Shown here piece after piece: positions 60,690-64,000 of a stretch of 64,000 nt of DNA; positions within the stretch are counted from its first letter, which is position 1, and each line of letters opens with the position of its first letter. The notes below the pieces were generated by a model. That model ran no database searches, was not told the DNA's origin, and saw only the letters and a list, made by a program, of their open reading frames with translations. Location of the stretch: the NCBI GenBank assembly GCA_965206595.1, contig OZ242214.1:2688001-2752000 (forward strand), written 5' to 3'. The position numbers were made by a program, and so were the translations under genes. The stretch comes from Candidatus Latescibacterota bacterium. Its GTDB lineage: Bacteria; Latescibacterota; UBA2968; UBA8231.

Positions 60690-61284
60690 AATCGACGCAC
60701 GCGCTTGCGGCCGACTTCATACCCCTAGCGCGGCAGGTGACGGGCCATCTGCCGCGACCCATACCAGGGCGTGGCCAGAAACTGCTCGTCGATACAGCGA
60801 ATCACCTGCCGGTTGAAGGCACTCCCTCCGACCCGCGTATACGTAGGTGGACGCGACAGGGCAACCAAGGTGCACGGGCGCACGACAGGGAGCCGGAGAT
60901 GATCTGGTTCGATCATCGCTTCCCTTCGGTCGCGGCTCAACGGCCGAAGGCGCGAGACAAAAAACGTTCTCGACGGTCAGCTGGCCGATTTTGGCGTGCA
61001 ACGCCTTGCCTCGGCCGCATGATCCGCGGCGCGGGAAGAGGTCTTGCGGGCGAACACCTCCGGCAAGCTCTCCGTGCTTGCCGTTTCCACTGCGCAATCA
61101 CGTTGGGGTGCAGGTTATGCTTGGCAGCGAGCTCGGCCAGGCCCTGGTCGCCGACCAGGGCCTCCAAGGCGACTTTGCCCTTGAACTGAGCGGAAAAGCT
61201 ACGCGGTTCCCCATGTCTCCAGTCCTTCCGAAGAGGGGTTGGATCCACCTAACGTAACTGTCCGAATTTCGGGGTCCACTTCTA
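60690..61284 (-). mobile_element. IS3-family remnant, degenerate
   Basis: FSAQFKGKVALEAL, LHAKIGQLTVE, TPWYGSRQM; end TAGAAGTGGACCCCGAAATTCGGACA. Confidence 0.82.
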
Positions 61285-61416
61285 ATTGTCCACATGCCCG
61301 TTCCCTTCCCAGTTCGTGCCGCCCTGCGCGGAGTGTATGTCCCCATCGGCGTCAGATCCTCCGCCCAGCGAAAACGGAGTATTCCGAACAGTTGCCAAGC
61401 TGGGAGAGGGTAACGT

Positions 61417-61644
61417 TCAGTCCATACACCTACAGCAATCACTGTGTGTCCCGTAAAGGTTCGCGACATTGTGATTATGGCCCCAGCAATAGTAGCCGCA
61501 CAGCCATGGTTGCGATAACGTGGCATCATGGCTGTAGTGAACCTCCGACAGCGGACGCGAATGAGCACCTACATATGCAGATTTGGCTAGAAAAACTCCA
61601 CCTGCTAGCAAAGCCGCAATTATTAAGTGCTTTTTACGAATCAT
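61417..61644 (-). CDS. Small secreted Cys/His-rich peptide, paralog 2 (75 aa)
   Basis: GAGGAG RBS; MIRKKHLIIAALLAGGVFLAKSAYVGA|HSRP...CGYYCW...CCRCMD. Confidence 0.85.
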   Translation of the reverse strand: MIRKKHLIIAALLAGGVFLAKSAYVGAHSRPLSEVHYSHDATLSQPWLCGYYCWGHNHNVANLYGTHSDCCRCMD

Positions 61645-61894
61645 TGGAACTCTCCTCAGGTTTGAGGGAATTGAAAGGGGAACTGAACCTGAGGCATTCT
61701 CCAGATACGCCAATAGACCTCAACTCAAATTCAGTCCATTTCTATATGTACTGAGGTTGTTGGTATTTTGCAAGGGAAAAAGGGGAAATGGGGAAATTGG
61801 AGAGCTGGGCCCGATCCTCGCTCCAGGATCCTGTTGCAACGGATTCTGGAGGAGAGGTAACGGAGTTGCTACGCTGACCTGCCTCTGTCTGTCG

Positions 61895-61998
61895 GCTGCT
61901 CGGGGCCGCTGGTCACTTCGACGCGGGCCACGGCCGCGGAGCGGCACCAGCTGGCCGCGCGGGGTGTAGATCGGCAGGGCGGCGATGTCCTGGGTGCG
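61895..61998 (-). pseudogene. ~100-bp fragment of an AcrB/CzcA RND transporter gene
   Basis: DIAALPIYTPRGQLVPL / AAVARVEVTSGPEQ with one frameshift. Confidence 0.6.
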
Positions 61999-62186
61999 GG
62001 ATCAGTCCTCCTCGCCCCGCCGGAGAATGGAATTGTAAAAAGTTCTGGGAGTCACTTTGGTACCGGCGCATCACAAACCCCTATTTCCACGGACGGCGCA
62101 AGCTTCCCTACCGGCAGTGGCTCAGCCTTGGCCGGGCGGCGCACCCTGGACGACATACCGAATTTTACAGGATTCGGCTAATGGGT

Positions 62187-62605
62187 CTACCTCAAGATCG
62201 GCCTGAATGCGCCCCCGGAGTCGAAAACGGTACTCTGTAGCTTCCCGTCGACATCGAGCCCCGGCATTTCTCCAAGGGGATCGGGGAGTGAGACAACCCC
62301 GTTCCGGGACGAACGCTGAACCGCCTTCGGCAGGCTCCACACCAGTAGGGCTGAGCGAATCTGGAATTCCTGGTAATACGGTCGCAGCATCCACAGTGAG
62401 GGCAGTATATGGAGACGGGTAAGTCTTCTACGAATTCTCCCCATCTTACCTCTTCGAACCATTCTTCCGCCGAAATATTATCATCAATTTTAACCGTTAA
62501 CGAGATACCTTTGTAATTGTTCACTACGATTACCTTCGAGCCGTGGAATACCGTACTGAGACCAGCGGCTCTCTTCAAATATTGTGATTCACGCTCCCAT
62601 ATCAT
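62187..62605 (-). pseudogene. IS1595-family transposase 5' fragment, copy 3 (diverged)
   Basis: AEEWFEEVRWG..IYCPHCGCCDRIT..YWCGACRRRFSV. Confidence 0.8.
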
Positions 62606-63177
62606 CCTTTCGGTTTCAGAGGGAAGGTGACTCCGTCGGTGTGCACCGACAGCAGGGACTGGGAAGCGGAATGCTGCCGGCTTCCCGTGTTCAATGTGCC
62701 TTTATTGTACCTGGGCTGAACTAAAAAATCAAATTAGCCTTAGGAGGAGGTTTATAAAACCCACAATATGGCGGAGAGAAACTTAAATTTCTGGGAGCAG
62801 GAGGGGGGCAGGACAGGGGAGGGGGCTGCTTCCTCGGTAATCGGCGGAACGGAGTCAGCTACGAGGTCGAAGCGGGAAAGAGGAGAGATTTCAGGAACGG
62901 CTGTGTCGAGGTGCGGCTACGGAACTGCGAGGTGAGGCATCTCCAAAGCTGGCGAACCGGCAGGCGGTGGGTGGCCCTGGGCACGGTCTTTGCTGGGATT
63001 CCGCTGCGGGAAGAAGGGGGTTTCTCCCTGCGGAGTATACGGAAGCTGACGATTCGCGAGGGATCCTCCCGTTGCCTTGCACACCCCCTTGGGAAATCGG
63101 CACCGTGGATCGGAAGGTCGGGGTATCCGAGCCCGAAATTACCTCTGAGTGCAGGGGTTGACGGGATTCGGCCTTGC

Positions 63178-63405
63178 GACGCATAACGTGCGACGCTGGA
63201 GCAACTCATCGCAGCCTCACCGCTGGGTAGCCACGGCGTTGCTGGACATCGAACCGCGTCTGCGCCGGGTCAAAGGCTACCGTCACTTGCCAACGCTGCG
63301 ACACGCCCTGCAAGCCAAACTCGGAATCAAACAGCTCGCCAGGGCGGGCTGATCAATCAACGCAACTGAGCCTGTGCTTGTTTCAACTGAAAATGGGACT
63401 TGCCC
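63178..63405 (+). mobile_element. IS256-family right-end remnant
   Basis: NVRRW..RWVATALL.IEPRLRRVKGYRHL; end TTCAACTGAAAATGGGACTTGCCC. Confidence 0.8.
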
Positions 63406-63412
63406 GGCTGGC

Positions 63413-64000
63413 CTACTCCAAAGAGGCTTTGATCCGTCCCCAGGTAACGGACTCGACTGCCGTAGCCTGAGCGGGAAGCAACAGCCCATCGAGGAAGAGA
63501 TCCGCCATTGAATGGGGCAGCAACAGGAAGGCTTCCTCATCGTCAATGCCTTCCGGGTTCCAGGGTATTGAAGTATCTGGATCAAAGGAGGGATCGGAGT
63601 CGTTGATGACAGGTGCGAAACCGATGATCTGATTGGCGGACAGCTCGCTGAAAAGGATTTCAGCTATGCTGTCGCCCCATCCGTCCTGTGGTGTGACATA
63701 CATCTCGACAACCCAGACGAAGGGGTTTTCTCCAGCTACATTTCCACCCGCATCTCCGTAGGGCGGGGAGGTGTGCCAGGGTTGGAGAAAGCTGTGTTCG
63801 CTGGCCAAGGTTGGGCCGCTTACTGTACGTGAAATGGCATCGTACTTCTGCGTTTCTCCATAACTCGGCAATCTATCCCCAAGAGTACCGTAGCCATCGG
63901 TGAATCCTTTGCCGCCGTTGTGATCCGCATCGAGGTAAAGCGTAATGCTGTCATAAAGGTCAATCTGTGGTATGACATTCTCTCCAGACCAATCATGGTT
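63413..64000 (-). CDS. Secreted TWGRIK-tailed protein, copy 3 (5' part outside window)
   Basis: Same C-terminal half as copies 1 and 2, with patchy substitutions. Confidence 0.8.
   Translation of the reverse strand, partial: NHDWSGENVIPQIDLYDSITLYLDADHNGGKGFTDGYGTLGDRLPSYGETQKYDAISRTVSGPTLASEHSFLQPWHTSPPYGDAGGNVAGENPFVWVVEMYVTPQDGWGDSIAEILFSELSANQIIGFAPVINDSDPSFDPDTSIPWNPEGIDDEEAFLLLPHSMADLFLDGLLLPAQATAVESVTWGRIKASLE

Noticed and set aside
57255-61644. RiPP cluster (radical SAM, DUF692, lanthipeptide)
   Set aside because: No maturase or peptide transporter in the window; the leader looks like a Sec signal. Maturation in trans cannot be excluded.
62620-63175. Possible gene or ncRNA between IS1595 copy 3 and the IS256 end
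   Set aside because: No recognisable motifs or consistent coding frame; cannot support a call.
55243-64000. Diversity-generating retroelement acting on the repeated secreted genes
   Set aside because: No reverse transcriptase; differences include indels and are not adenine-specific.

Overview
GC-rich bacterial window with two halves. The C-terminal TAVESVTWGRIKA motif and the gene content suggest a Latescibacterota/FCB-type organism, but this is inference. 1-35.3 kb is mostly intact metabolic genes: a second type II fatty-acid-synthase-like cluster (enoyl reductase, FabH, FabA, FabZ, FabF, ACP, PlsC, PPTase) with an IS630 inserted next to it, enolase-superfamily and PhyH enzymes, a macro-domain protein, an OpgC-ankyrin fusion, a CPA2 antiporter, dinJ-yafQ and a long catabolic operon. 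35.3-64 kb is accessory and defence DNA. An intact type I hsdR (41066-44077) is preceded by a stack of cargo cassettes: a ParB/nuclease/N4-methylase trio, two TA pairs, a DUF1828 pseudogene and a helicase fragment. Three of these cassettes are each followed by a leftover copy of the hsdR 5' end, and a synonymous-variant copy of the hsdR 3' end lies beyond a further cassette downstream. This looks like integrase-free cassette accumulation anchored on hsdR. The last 10 kb is a tandem array, broken up by IS elements, whose unit encodes a secreted Cys/His-rich 48-aa peptide, a TolB-like propeller, a secreted TWGRIK-tailed protein and an IS1595-like transposase. No rRNA, tRNA, CRISPR array, integrase or reverse transcriptase was recognised. 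All family calls come from motif recognition by eye, and all identities are hand counts.
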